Assembly: GCA_963924565.1 (NCBI GenBank)
Contig: OZ004607.1
Location: forward strand, 24,738,001-24,802,000
DNA: 64,000 nucleotides
Source: Ascidiella aspersa
Taxonomy: Eukaryota
Direction of reading: 5' to 3'
Both the position numbers and the translations under genes were made by a program. The notes beneath the pieces are model-generated. The model had not been told where the DNA came from. It saw only the letters and a list, made by a program, of their open reading frames with translations, and searched no databases. Positions 1-11,748 of the stretch are shown in pieces. How positions within the stretch are numbered: position 1 is the stretch's first letter; the number at the start of each line of letters is the position of its first letter.

Positions 1-816
1 AAAATAGGACTCAAATTCACGCAAGATGACGTCATAAAACAAATAGGTTAGCAAATTTGTTATTACGTTTGTAGTTGTGAGAAAATGTGCCATTTAAGTC
101 GAATTTATAGAAGGCCACAAGACGTCGCGCCAAGCGCGAAAAAATTACGACTATGTTTGTTTTAAAATGCAAACTTTATTTGAGATTTTTAGGGGGGAGC
201 ATTGAGCACAGACAAAAAATGTACATTGCTTGATGTATTGGCGTTTATCAAGTTGTGGGGTGCGCTGAACCAAAAGTTAAGATTAAAATATGTAAAAATT
301 TCGTACAAAAAACTTTAATTTTTTAAGCTTCAAGTTGCCGATGTGTTACTTGCGGCACAGCGGCCATATTACAAAGACGACGATTTAAAAATCGGGAGAA
401 ACACACAACATGGAATTAACTAAATTAGGTTTACAGGATGTGAATCCGTATATTTCAGAGTTTAGAAAAGGGTAGGTATTTCGTTTATATTTTAAAGACG
501 GAATACTTTCGACGCGCAAAAAACATTTAAATATTAGGCTAAGTTTGTTAAACTTTCGTTGGAGAGAGTGCCACATTGCATTGGACGCTATTTGTCTGTA
601 AAGTTTCCAAAAATTGCACGGAAGATACGAGAAAGACAGAATAGATTTGCGTGAAGCGCGAAAACAATTTCCGTTTTTGTATTTCAAACAAGCTAAAAAT
701 CGAATTTGGCGTGGTCATGACTAGATCCGTCCCTGAAAAGAGTGTTTACGATACAACCTAACATGTAGAAACTCACTCTGGTTTTCGCTTAGTATGTACT
801 TTAAGAAAAACAAGCT

Positions 817-881
817 GCGGGCCGGATTAAACTGCTTGGCGGGCCGGATCCGGCCCGCGGGCCGTATGTTGCCCAGTTCTG
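817..881. mobile_element. hAT/Charlie-like MITE terminus (one end only)
   Basis: gcgggccggatccggcccgcgggccgtatgttgcccagttctg is the typical GGCCCGCGGGCC sub-terminal palindrome plus TIR-like end of hAT-Charlie MITEs. The opposite-end motif of a related element is at 62784. Confidence 0.65.
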
Positions 882-1799
882 GTCTATACTATAGGGTTAT
901 TTCACCGATTTACGTAACCAAAATAAGATGGAGATTCAGCAATCCACTCATAAGGTTCATAGAAAATATCCAACCACATGCTATTCCACCTTAAAAATGT
1001 ACAGTTTGCTGCCTTATTAGTTTCGAAATTTAGTACTGCGCATGCGCACACGTCGGACTCGGGTAGTTTTACCTAGTCTTACTCGAGCCCAATCCGACTC
1101 CTCAGCGCTGCTGTAATCTGACGTCTATTTTTCGCATCTTGGGAGACGCCATTAAACCTATTTTCAGAAGTTAAATTCTGTAAGATACCCAAATTTTAGG
1201 GCATTGTGACGTAATACGAACGGTTAGTCGTAAACAATAAGTTTAACGCCCTAAACCCCCAAAAAGTTAAATACAACAGTTAAGACGCTAAATTGTGACA
1301 GCAACACTGCAGATCAAACTGAAATTGTGTGCAACCATTTATTTCACGCTGGTGTTAGTGATGCGATAGACTAGTTGTGGTGTAGATATGTACCGGTAAG
1401 CATATAGTTGAGTGGTATGCATAGTCATAGTCAATATTTAAACGAAAACACCAGGATGTAGTTAAATAGATATGAGGAATAAGGCAGAGGAATAATGTTT
1501 AGTAATGATTAAGTGTGAAGTTTTGAGGCTTATAATATGCCTATACCGGTACTTTGTGCATGACACTCAGCCTAGGCTTGCCTGCAGTTATCAAAAATAT
1601 GTGAACTAATAGCAAAAAATATGGCAGGAACAGTACAGTAGTTGAGTGGCATAATGTTCAATAGTGTAGCGGCACTCTATGTTACGACGCACATTTATTT
1701 TGCACCGAACCGGACATATTGACTTTTTCTTTTCGTTCTCTTCTTGCATTTGCATTGTGTAATTGTCTGCCCTTAGAAAGAATTTGAAACTAACCGCGA

Positions 1800-2461
1800 T
1801 TCGGCGCAGCAAGCCGATGCCTTATTTGCAGCCCGAGAGAATACCTCACAACTTTCAATTTCGAAACTACAGCGTCAAACGACAAAGCCCACCGATGCAT
1901 CCCCCCTTGTTCATTCCCCCAGGGAAACTGGCAAGCCGACCTTGTTTAGCTGCTACAATGGCCGGCCGAGCTATTAGCAGCCTTTTCTTTGTTTGAGATC
2001 GCTTAGCTGGTCGTAATTTTTTAGTGGATACGGGCGCTGAGATTAGCGTTTTGCCTCCCACAGGACCTGAGCATCGCGCGAATTCTTCCGACAAAACTCT
2101 TGTCGCTGCTAATGGCACCAAAATTCGAACTTACGGTTCTCGTTCGATATCAATGGCTTTTCCTTCAGGCAGATTTAAATGGAAGTTTGTTCTGGCCGAT
2201 GTTGCTCGGCCATTACTCGGCGCCGATTTTCTGAGGGCCCACGCCCTACTTGTGGATCTCAAGCGCCAACGCCTAATCAACGCTGAAACGTTCTGCAGCA
2301 CTCCAATCAGAAGGGCGCCGCAATTAGCGCCTCGCCTCAATGCGATCGCTTCGGGCACATTAGTGTACACACGAATTTTGGCTGAATTTCCAAGGATTGC
2401 AACGCCACACTTTTCGCAAGCACTACCTAAGCTTGGTGTACAACACTTTTTTCTCCACTGA
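1800..2461 (+). mobile_element. Degenerate Ty3/Gypsy LTR-retrotransposon gag-end/aspartic protease fragment
   Basis: Reading through TGA 1994-1996 gives LFFV*DRLAGRNFLVDTGAEISVLP...LVAANGTKIRTYG...FKWKFVLADVARPLLGADFL: retropepsin DTGA catalytic motif and LLGxDFL. It ends at GVQH just before where RT would begin. No RT, integrase or LTR seen. Confidence 0.9.
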
Positions 2462-3519
2462 GTACAAAATTTAGCCAGACTGCATACTCGGGAATTATTG
2501 AAAATATTATTAGTTCTTTAGTCATTTTTCGCCATCCGATTGTGTCATTATAGAATATATAGACACTCGAAAAGTTACTTTTGCGCTCACGCTTTGTAAA
2601 TCAACAATTTCTGCTCCACAAGTTTATCAAGGCGAGCACAACATTGTGTGAACTGTGGAAGTGAATTGTCACAATAATCTGTTACGTTTGAATATCTCTA
2701 AAAAGTGTCTTACATAAAGAAAAACCTTTAGCAAATTCATTTTTAGTTTAAGTTACCATGTTTCTGTGACTATTTTTTTAAATTTCTACTATTATTGCGT
2801 TAGGTTACGGTTTAGGTTATCTTGACTCAAACCGAAAGCGTTGAAAAGTAAACTTTAATCCTGAATAACTGTCTATTATAAACCAAATACTTTAATACAT
2901 CTAGTAGCTTTACCACAATTAACTAAATTATAAGTGTACCTACGTCAGCTGATCGCTGAAATGCATGTCCAATATGACAGAGTTTACTTTCTGGCCTCCC
3001 CATTTACATTCAAAATTATAAAACCAAAAAAAAAAATATTTAATCAAAGACTTTATTGTTTATATTTCAAAACATTGACGAGAAAAAACAAACATTAGAA
3101 CTTAAAATTAAGCTTATATAAAAGAAGCAAAATAAACCTCCAGTCTAAGAAAGGGATCATTTGGTTGTTTTAAAAACGATTTTAATTAACTCCGGAGTAT
3201 GACACAAAATCGTGAGGCCGCGTAAGATTTGGAAAAATTTATACGGGATCACGAAAACAGCGGGACCACTGGCTTATATTCTGTTAATTGTAATATTAGC
3301 TTACCACAGAAACAAGTAATATTGAAATATTTACAAGACGTTTGAGTAACAATCAAATTTGCTAATGAGAGAAAACCTCACAAACAAATATTGATTACAA
3401 CGGTAGATGGTTATCATTTGTACAATACAACAATGGTCCTTGAAACAATCGCGTTCCGAATTCATTAGTATCTTCGGATTACGTAGTTGGAACAGCTTTT
3501 AACATTTTAATGATCATTT

Positions 3520-6500
3520 TCAGACCTTTTGGTTCTTTTGCTTTTTGTTTATCATGTAGGCAATTCCTGAAAAAAAATCATGTATTGTTTATTTCTGCTG
3601 TCGCTACCAGGCATAGTATAGACTGAAAATAAGTTCTTCTGGTATATATTTGTTTGTCCAACGTTTAAACCAAATTTTACAATACTATAAACGATTTCTA
3701 AAAATAAGTAAATGTTATTTAAAAACGCTGCAATTGATTTCAATTGATCGGAAATCGGTTCAGGTTAAGTTTTATATAAACGTCAAAAGGGATTCTACAA
3801 AGGAAATCGCTGCGAAGTTACCGAATTCGTGAATTTTACAAAATTGAACAGCTCTTACCATAGCCAAGGACTGAAATGCAGATAATTCCTATCTGAATGT
3901 AGATTTTGACATACACGCAAAGAGTTGTGCTCCAGCCATATTGAATCGCATATCCAACCAAAAACAAAATGTTCCAAGCGGTGAACATTACGTCTTGATC
4001 GTCGGGAAAGAAAGATGCATGAATTTCTAAATGTAAATACATACTTAGTTAAATAACCACATCTAATATAAAGTTTATGCTAAAGTTGAGAAGCATACAG
4101 AAGTCAAAGACTCTTCTCTGGTACGATCCTTTTATAATACCAGCTAACAACAACATACAGGTTAATTCTTTATTATCATGCATTTGCCCTACTGAAACCT
4201 ACATTTATTTGTAGTTGTAAGTTAATAACTAAAATTTCTTAAATCTGACCTAGTTGTTTGTTAAATTTATTTTTTGTGTTTACCTTTTATCATAATGTCC
4301 AAGTCAATATAATTTCATACAAAATTCTATATCCGGCCTACGTTGATTTGTTCTTATAGTTTTATTCAGTCCTTTATAGATAATGTTTGGTGACTTCTGA
4401 ATCTAGGATATTTTTATTCTTTTGTTATTGTAAAATTGTGTAAATTATTATTCATTGTGTAATTATAATGATTTATTCAATAGGCAACGAAGCCGCCAAG
4501 ATTAAAAAAAAATCTAGTATTCATCCTGACAAAGCATACAAACTAAAGAGTTTTTCCAAGAGAGTCATGCTCCAAGTATCATAAGCAACGTATTTTCAAA
4601 TTAGCTAAATGTCAGGGGACAACTTCTTATTAAACTCTTTATGTTAATTGCGACAAATGACTTGTATTTTGCTATTGGAGAAAATTTACTAATAGGAAGC
4701 AAACGTTTTGTCATAACGGCAATTTCGACCAATACTTAAAAAAAATTAGCCAACCAAACATACCATAATAGGCTAATATATGCGGGGTCCTATTTTATAA
4801 TTAGGACTTTATAAATGTTTAAGTTGTTTACCATTAACTATGGGTGGCCAAACTCCATTGACCGCTCCAACAACCACGAACAGAATGTACACCATCCAAA
4901 GGTTTTCTTCATTCGGCTTCCAAAACAAACATAGCATATATCCTCCAATGTCCAAAACGAAACCTATTGCAACAGCTAGATTGACGCCAAGTCTACTTGC
5001 CAGCTTAGTACTGAGAACTGACACTACAGCAGCAGCGCTTGCAAAAATAACCATACAGAGTCCGACCTAAAACAAAACATGTGTGAGAAGCACGCATTGT
5101 TAAATAGTGAACAATAAATAAAAAAACGGACAATTTGCGATATAAGTTACTTCTGATCCAAGTGGGCATTGTGACATATTTCCTTCTTTTATGGGTTAAT
5201 GCGGTTTAAATGTGTCGCAGTTACTGATTTACAATGCTTTAACGACGATTTTTACAAAAATTACTCCCAAGAAACACACAAAAAAAAGTGCTGAAAACAA
5301 CTTTGTTCTTTGAATCGTGGACAAACGATGTCCTTAAAAAAATTTAACTTTATTGACTTTAGATGTAAATCGGCATCATTGACACAATTAAGTGTTTGTT
5401 TAACTTGTATGACAATTAAGTGTTGCTCATATTCCAATACGAATATTATAATATAAAGCTAATTGTAAAACGAACAATTAGGCTGAATACATAACGTGAT
5501 ACCGCACTTTAAGAATCTCTACTCTTTTATCAACATGTCAAACCTGGTCAACTCCGAGCATACACGAAGCAAATGCTCTGGTCATTTCAGCAAACCCGAA
5601 AGACAGAAGAATACCGCAGTATATGGTAATGGGTGCTATGAGGAGAAGCTTCGGGCGAATGATATGCCGGCCGGTCGCCTTCACCGCGGACAGAGCTAAT
5701 GCTACCGAATCCTTAAAAACACCTTATGTTATTTTATCAATCGATAAAGAAGGTAGCAGCGCGGTAATGTTTATGAAAAACGTCGTAAATCAATTAGACA
5801 GTTTATCTAAAGCAGGGGTTCTTAAACTGGGGTCCATGGACCCCTTGGGGGTCCTTGAAACTAGTTTTAGGGGGTTAATATTAGTGTATATTTAAGAGTA
5901 AATATTAGTGTATATTTTTTGATTAAAAATAAAACAGTTTTGCACTGAATCCTATTTACACTCCATTTCACTTTCACATTTTTGGACCAAAATCAGAAGA
6001 TTTATAAAGTCTATTTGTACTGTGACGTCAATTTATGATGTCATTTTGGACTTTTTTTTTCCGACCGTGGTCGAAGCTAGGTTAAAAAAAATTTTAGGGG
6101 TCCGCGGTAAAAAAAGTTTAAAAACCCCTAATCTTAAGCAAACTTTAATGGACTGACGTTTTCATAGGACATATTAAAGTTTAAATATAAACAGAAATAC
6201 TTTTGTGACAGTCCTACCTGATTCCCACCTTTTCCACAGCATGAACCACCTTTTATTGAAACAATGTCTTCATGTTTGGGCACCTCTACACTATTAAGTT
6301 CTTAATGAAAAAGAATGAGGGTAATGTACATAATATAATTATATAAAACACCCTTGTCCCTTATGTGTATAGAAATTTTACCAATCTTTTCTTTGTCTTG
6401 TGTGATCTCCATATTCGTGTTTTCCCCTTCCTTTGATTCATCTATAGGTTTGGTAGTAGTGATGTGAAGGGCAATGGATAGCAATATAAGACCTGCCATC

Positions 6501-9500
6501 ATCCCAAAGACAACGTAGAGAATGGTCATGGAGGTGGGGACATATTGCGCCATGTTGGCTGCTGTTATATTGGGATCCTGGCAATCGTGAATTCCGCAGA
6601 CTTGCAGTCTTTTTGCGATGTTCAAGTCGGCGGATGTGTTGAGCGAAGAATTTGACAATTGTACATCTGGTATAGAACTGGCACCGCCGTACAGAATTGC
6701 GTAGCTCATTAGGTTAGCAAGTACCTTTAAAAAAAACAAGGGGTTTTAATAAACACACGGGAAAATTAATGTAATAGCTTTATTTGAAAAATACTGGAAT
6801 TTCCCAAACATGGATTCGTTGATCCATGGGGGCTCTATGAGAAATTTTCAATATATCTTCGCAAGTAGCGCATCTAGAAATTTTGTTCGGGAGTGTGGGA
6901 TTTTTTTTCAGGTATGACCTCACAAATTACCTTGTAACGTAGTTTTAATTCAGGTCATTTTAGAAAACGATCTGTTTTTGAAAAAAGTTTACTACTGTGC
7001 ACTTGCAGTAAAGTTAATCGCTGGATGCTCGAATGAATTTGCGCTATGTGTTTCAGATGACGAACTTTAACCTTACAAGCAAACTTGACGCATTGGGCCA
7101 AACGATTAGCACTATCGACTCCACAGTTAAACGGCTGTAACCAAATCAGGTAAAAAAGCGTAAAATAGTGAACACAGCGTTTATCGTGTTTTAAAAGTTG
7201 GATAGGGGTTACTCATGATATGTAGGAAATATTGTAAAAGTTTAGTAATTTGGGTAAACAGCAAAATATACAAAATATTGCCAGGAATCGCATTTCGTAA
7301 AGAGTCCAGACAGATTGGCTGTGAACACATAGAAAATATGTAAATTGTATACATCTGCCTTAGCCTAAAAAAATTCTCCTGACACACAGAATAAAATGTA
7401 AAATAGTTGTGCATTTAGGTAAAGTTAAAGTTAAAATTTAGGCATAGTTTAGGAAAAATATAGTTTGAGGGGTATGACATCGTAGCCCACTCCCCTCACT
7501 CTGCAACATCTTTTAAATTCAGTAGGCTACCGCATTATTTTTTATTTTTATGTCATATTTTTTTATTGTTTTTTATGTCATATATTTTTTTTTTATAAAA
7601 ATTTTTCTACAACAACTTGTTATGTAGGCTGGGTATATAACGTACAAATTAATTTTATAAGCAAAATAGGCTTTTTGACGATATTTTGTTTTAGGAATTC
7701 TGAATTTCCCATGTATACAAAAAATTAAGTATAATATTCCTTAAATCATTTTAAACGAACCTGGCTAACTTGAAAAGCCATGAAAAAGTATCCAATGTAT
7801 TCCGTCTCATACTGCCTTACTTCTTTGCTGCCGTAGCGCGCTTGGCAACGAGCAAAGTGCAAGACATATAGGAGTGTGACTGGCCACATCGTCGCCTCAG
7901 CAAATCCGCTTGCGATAGATGTGGGGATCAACAGATAACCGACTAATCATTGTTCGGAAGAAAACAAAACAAAATACAGTTGTAGCCTTAACGTGTTAAC
8001 AACACTCGTTCAGTAGGCTATATGGGTATTACTTAAGTTAAGCGATATTGGTTATTACTTAGGCGATATGGGTTATTATACCACGAAGCTTATTTGTCAA
8101 TTTCAGTGGGATGATTATTGCAATGCTATAACATGCTACCTGCGATCGCTAAATAGCAAATATTAGCATCTAGTCTTTCACTTGTTCAAGTTTCAAACTT
8201 CATTTAATGGAAAATATTAGGTCATTATCATAGTTTATTTGACTTATTTAATAAAATGTCATATTCTAGAAAAAATAAAATTCGACATTTAAGTGGTAAT
8301 TAAATAAGTTTTGCACGGCGATCACGGTATTGTACAACACGATAAAAGTTTATGTCATTGATTTGCTTCGGATTGACGTTACCACTTAAAACGTCTGTCA
8401 GATTATCGGAAAATGTGCAGCGTTTTGTGGACAATCTTACACTATACAGTAACAGTAATAGGAATGCGTGCCTTTTCCACTCATTTAACATATGGTTGTA
8501 GTTTACAAGTGTTGCATATTAATAAAACAACTGCGAAACCGTGGCGCAAACAGCAATAATTAAAGGGGTGGCACGGACCAGGCGATGTTCCAGGATTTTT
8601 GTTTAGGTAAATTTAAACATGACGTCATACAATAAATAAATCTAGCCTAATAAAAAATAACCCTTCAAAAAACTTCTGTGCCAGACTGGTCAACTTCGTG
8701 TAACTTAAATTCGCGCTCAAATGCCTTACAGGTTACATAGGCAAAACCTACATTTTGGCATGTCCTGGAAGCTAGCTTATCGAACACAACAGGATGAATT
8801 TTCGTGTTTCTGGTTTAGTTAAAACATTTGTATTTTAAATGTCGTCACTATACTTTCAACGCTAATAAAACATTGTGTTAGGGGTAAATAAAACAGTCGT
8901 CCAATTTCACTTTTGAGAATCAAATTATTTGACAAAGTGAACTTAAACATACAAGAAGTGACTCATTGGAGGTAAAGACCGAAAAAAGGGATCAAACTAC
9001 GAAATAGATTAACAAACAGAACTAATGTTTGCTACATTTTTTTCTTTGGTTGACATGTCGTACGCAACAAATGGGGTCTTGCATATCGACAGACGACAAC
9101 CACTCCTAATTGCACCCCTGGATACCAATGTGCATTAATATGGCTCCAGGTTCACGGCCAAGAAAAAAACTCACTACTGGTACCCGCCTTACCTGGATAG
9201 TAATTCGCCAGCACAAATGAAAGGTATCCGATCTGACACATGATCATCGTACATTTGGGCCCGGCCACTCGAATGATAACCGGAGTAAGGAATATACCAA
9301 GAACAGTTGAAGTAGAGTATGCAACTGTAGCCGCGGTTGCCCCTTTACATAAAACAAACAACAAATCAGCCATATACTTTTCGTCGTTGGAAAATAGAAA
9401 ATCCATTGATATATTTTATTTGTTTATTAAAAATTCACTAAACATAGAATTCATCCTGACTTACCTAGACCTCCTTCGATGTTGATGCTTGATTGCAGAA

Positions 9501-9594
9501 AAAGCATGGCGTAATAGGTGCCATATGTTAGAAAACAAGTAACGCAGAACAAAGTATAACGTAGCGCCACCACTCGTGTAGGGGCAAGAGTCAT
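3520..9594 (-). CDS. UNC93A: UNC-93-like (UNC93A-type) MFS-fold multi-pass membrane protein, 9 coding exons, ~496 aa
   Basis: Frame-consistent GT-AG exons: 9594-9465, 9342-9193, 7942-7761, 6724-6382, 6285-6218, 5711-5544, 5066-4832, 4026-3859, 3566-3520(TGA). Family motifs: LQSSINIEGGLG, GPKCTM..GYLSFVLANYYP, SGFAEATMW, CGIHDC, AEMTRAFASCMLGV, GYAIQYGWST.LC. AATAAA on minus at ~3052-3057. A longer N-terminus is possible. Confidence 0.88.
5813..6130. mobile_element. hAT-like MITE (~318 bp) in UNC-93 intron
   Basis: TIRs caggggttcttaaact / agtttaaaaaccccta. 8-bp TSD atctaaag / atcttaag (7/8 identical). Confidence 0.85.
8579..9130. mobile_element. Degenerate non-autonomous DNA transposon (Harbinger/hAT-like termini)
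   Basis: Begins caggcgatgttccaggattttt and ends cccctggatacc (decayed TIR pair). The internal atgacgtcata context resembles positions 25-50. Confidence 0.35.
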
Positions 9595-10942
9595 TGTAAA
9601 TCTAAATATCGATAAAAGTAACACAAAATTTCCAGAAATCTGAAAGTATAACATTTTTTTTCGCCTTAACAACTCTTTTTAGTGTAATGTGTTTCATAAG
9701 CTATATTTTTATTGTTATTTTGCCTTTTCACAAATAATGTCGAGGTTTGTTCAAACAATGGAAAAAATTAGGAATGTCAATAGTTGGTAAAGACACCCAT
9801 TAAACCCATCCTGATAATTAGCTATATTAGTGATGGGCAACCTTTTCGAATAGATTGCAATTTTGTTACGTTGTGACCCACACAACATTATATCTGTGGT
9901 TACAGCAATTTAGCTAAACAACTAAAAAGCAACTTCTCACCTTATATAAGTACACATAATCAACAGCATTTCGCTTTAGAAATTCACTTACATTTGGAAT
10001 AAATCCAACTAATAAGACAAGGAAAGAATAATAAAGGAGGCCTAAATATTGCCTAAAGTGTTTTGCAATACTTGGTTCTAATCAAGGCCAATTTAAAACT
10101 TGTTTCCACCTCTGTAGCTCACCTGGATAATTTTGTTGTGCATCACAGTGCTGGACATGGCTTGGCCATGCTTTTTAGCTCTATCGTTATTGCCCATTGC
10201 TTATACGCAGGGTTATCATTTGCCATGACCAAAAAATAAGTAAGTCACAAAGTTACGTCAGGACGCGCAAAATAAAGCTAACATCCAGATTAATCGCGCA
10301 AAGCGCGAAAATATTACGTTTATTTGATTGAAATTGACAAAACTTTTAATTTGAGTAGACATGACGCCTTGTAGTTTAGGGCTTTAGGCACATAAAAGAT
10401 ATTGGCATATTTTTTCCAAATAATGGCATTTGTAGTTTTTATATAAATAACAGTATTAATAGTCTAACAGAAATTGTTCTTTGCAGAGTTTAAGTCACAC
10501 GGCTAAACCTGCAATAGTATGCATAGCGCCTTTAGGCTGAACTGCTTTCTTAAAGCAGTATATAAGCACAAAAAATAAACACTTTTAAACGGACAGAAAT
10601 TTGCGTGAACCGCTTTTTTGCGTAAAAACGTGAAATCTCATGCAACCACTACCCTAAATCCACGTGTACCAGTCGCCATATGACTGCAGACAGCTAACCA
10701 AGTCACGTATACTTTTCTAGACAATTGCATTCTGCCGAACATCCTGTTTTTTAGCAGAACTTCCCATATTTATAAAATTGACAAATTGTCGTATATTCAT
10801 GGCGTTTCTAACAACCTGTGTTGCCATTTATTATTGAATTACAGTGGCCCACGAAAATAGTAGAGAGTTTTAAATTTAGAAAATTAATCTTGTTTCGACA
10901 AGTTTTTTAGGATTTTTGCCGTTTAACATATATATTAGCCAT

Positions 10943-11095
10943 CTATAGCTCGCATCAAAAGAAACGAAACTATAGCTCACATCAAAAGAAACGAAACTAT
11001 AGCTCGGATTGAAAGAAACGAACCTATAGCTCGGATTGAAAGAAACGAACCTATAGCTCGGATTGAAAGAAACGAACCTATAGCTCGAACTGAAA
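10943..11095. repeat. 27-bp tandem minisatellite, ~5.7 copies
   Basis: Unit ctatagctcggattgaaagaaacgaac; the first two units are variants. No spacers. Confidence 0.95.
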
Positions 11096-11271
11096 CGGAT
11101 GAGTTTCTGCTCAGAACCTCAAGTTGCGAATAAATATTACACAATTTTCTCAATTCTAACCCCAAGTTTATCAGTGACTAAGACAGCACTATAAAAACGC
11201 TAGTCTAGCAGAATTCTGGGGTGTGTGCATTACGAGCTATATATGTGTGTAATACGAGCTAGCAAAATAAT

Positions 11272-11449
11272 CGGCGCTGGCCTACAATCCTACCACAACG
11301 CACATTTTTATTTGGGTTAGCATTTGGGTTAATAAATATAATAATGCCTGATCCACCCACACCCAAACGCCAACCCTCACCCTAACTCAAACATTGTGCG
11401 GTATTTAGTAATTGTTTGAACGCTGTGGTAGGATTCTAGACTAGTGCCG
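11272..11449. mobile_element. 178-bp MITE with ~29-bp TIRs and 6-bp TSD
   Basis: TIRs cggcgctggcctacaatcctaccacaacg / cgctgtggtaggattctagactagtgccg, flanked by a perfect aataat duplication. Internal gggtta/accctaac-like tracts. Confidence 0.85.
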
Positions 11450-11675
11450 AATAATCTTCTAAAAAAAGTAATAAACTGTGCGGCTACCGCTTACACCAGT
11501 CTTAGAAGCTACTGTAGCTGGCTGCCATCAAAACGTTCAGAAAACCACTTATGATGCAATAATCCAGGTTGCCACATGAAATACTTATGATGCAATATTT
11601 CAGTCAAGATTGAATTAAAAATACTTGAAAAATAAAACGAAAAAAGTTAGTTTGCGCACGATTGAATCACCTTGG

Positions 11676-11748
11676 AGCGACCCATTTTTTGACCCTACGC
11701 GACCCATGTTTGGGTCACGACTCGCGACCCATACTTTGAGAACCACTG
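11676..11748. mobile_element. hAT-like MITE terminus
   Basis: Repeated gcgaccc motifs ending in actttgagaaccactg. Confidence 0.6.

Noticed and set aside
1037-1048. tgcgcatgcgca NRF1-like palindrome as a promoter
   Set aside because: A single motif among repeat fragments, with no associated gene start in the window.
9828-10202. Possible hAT MITE (agtgatgggcaa...ttgcccattgct)
   Set aside because: Short, mismatched TIRs and no TSD; too weak to list as a feature.
10943-11095. CRISPR-like regular repeats (also 16835-16942)
   Set aside because: Units are head-to-tail with no unique spacers, the context is eukaryotic and there are no cas genes.
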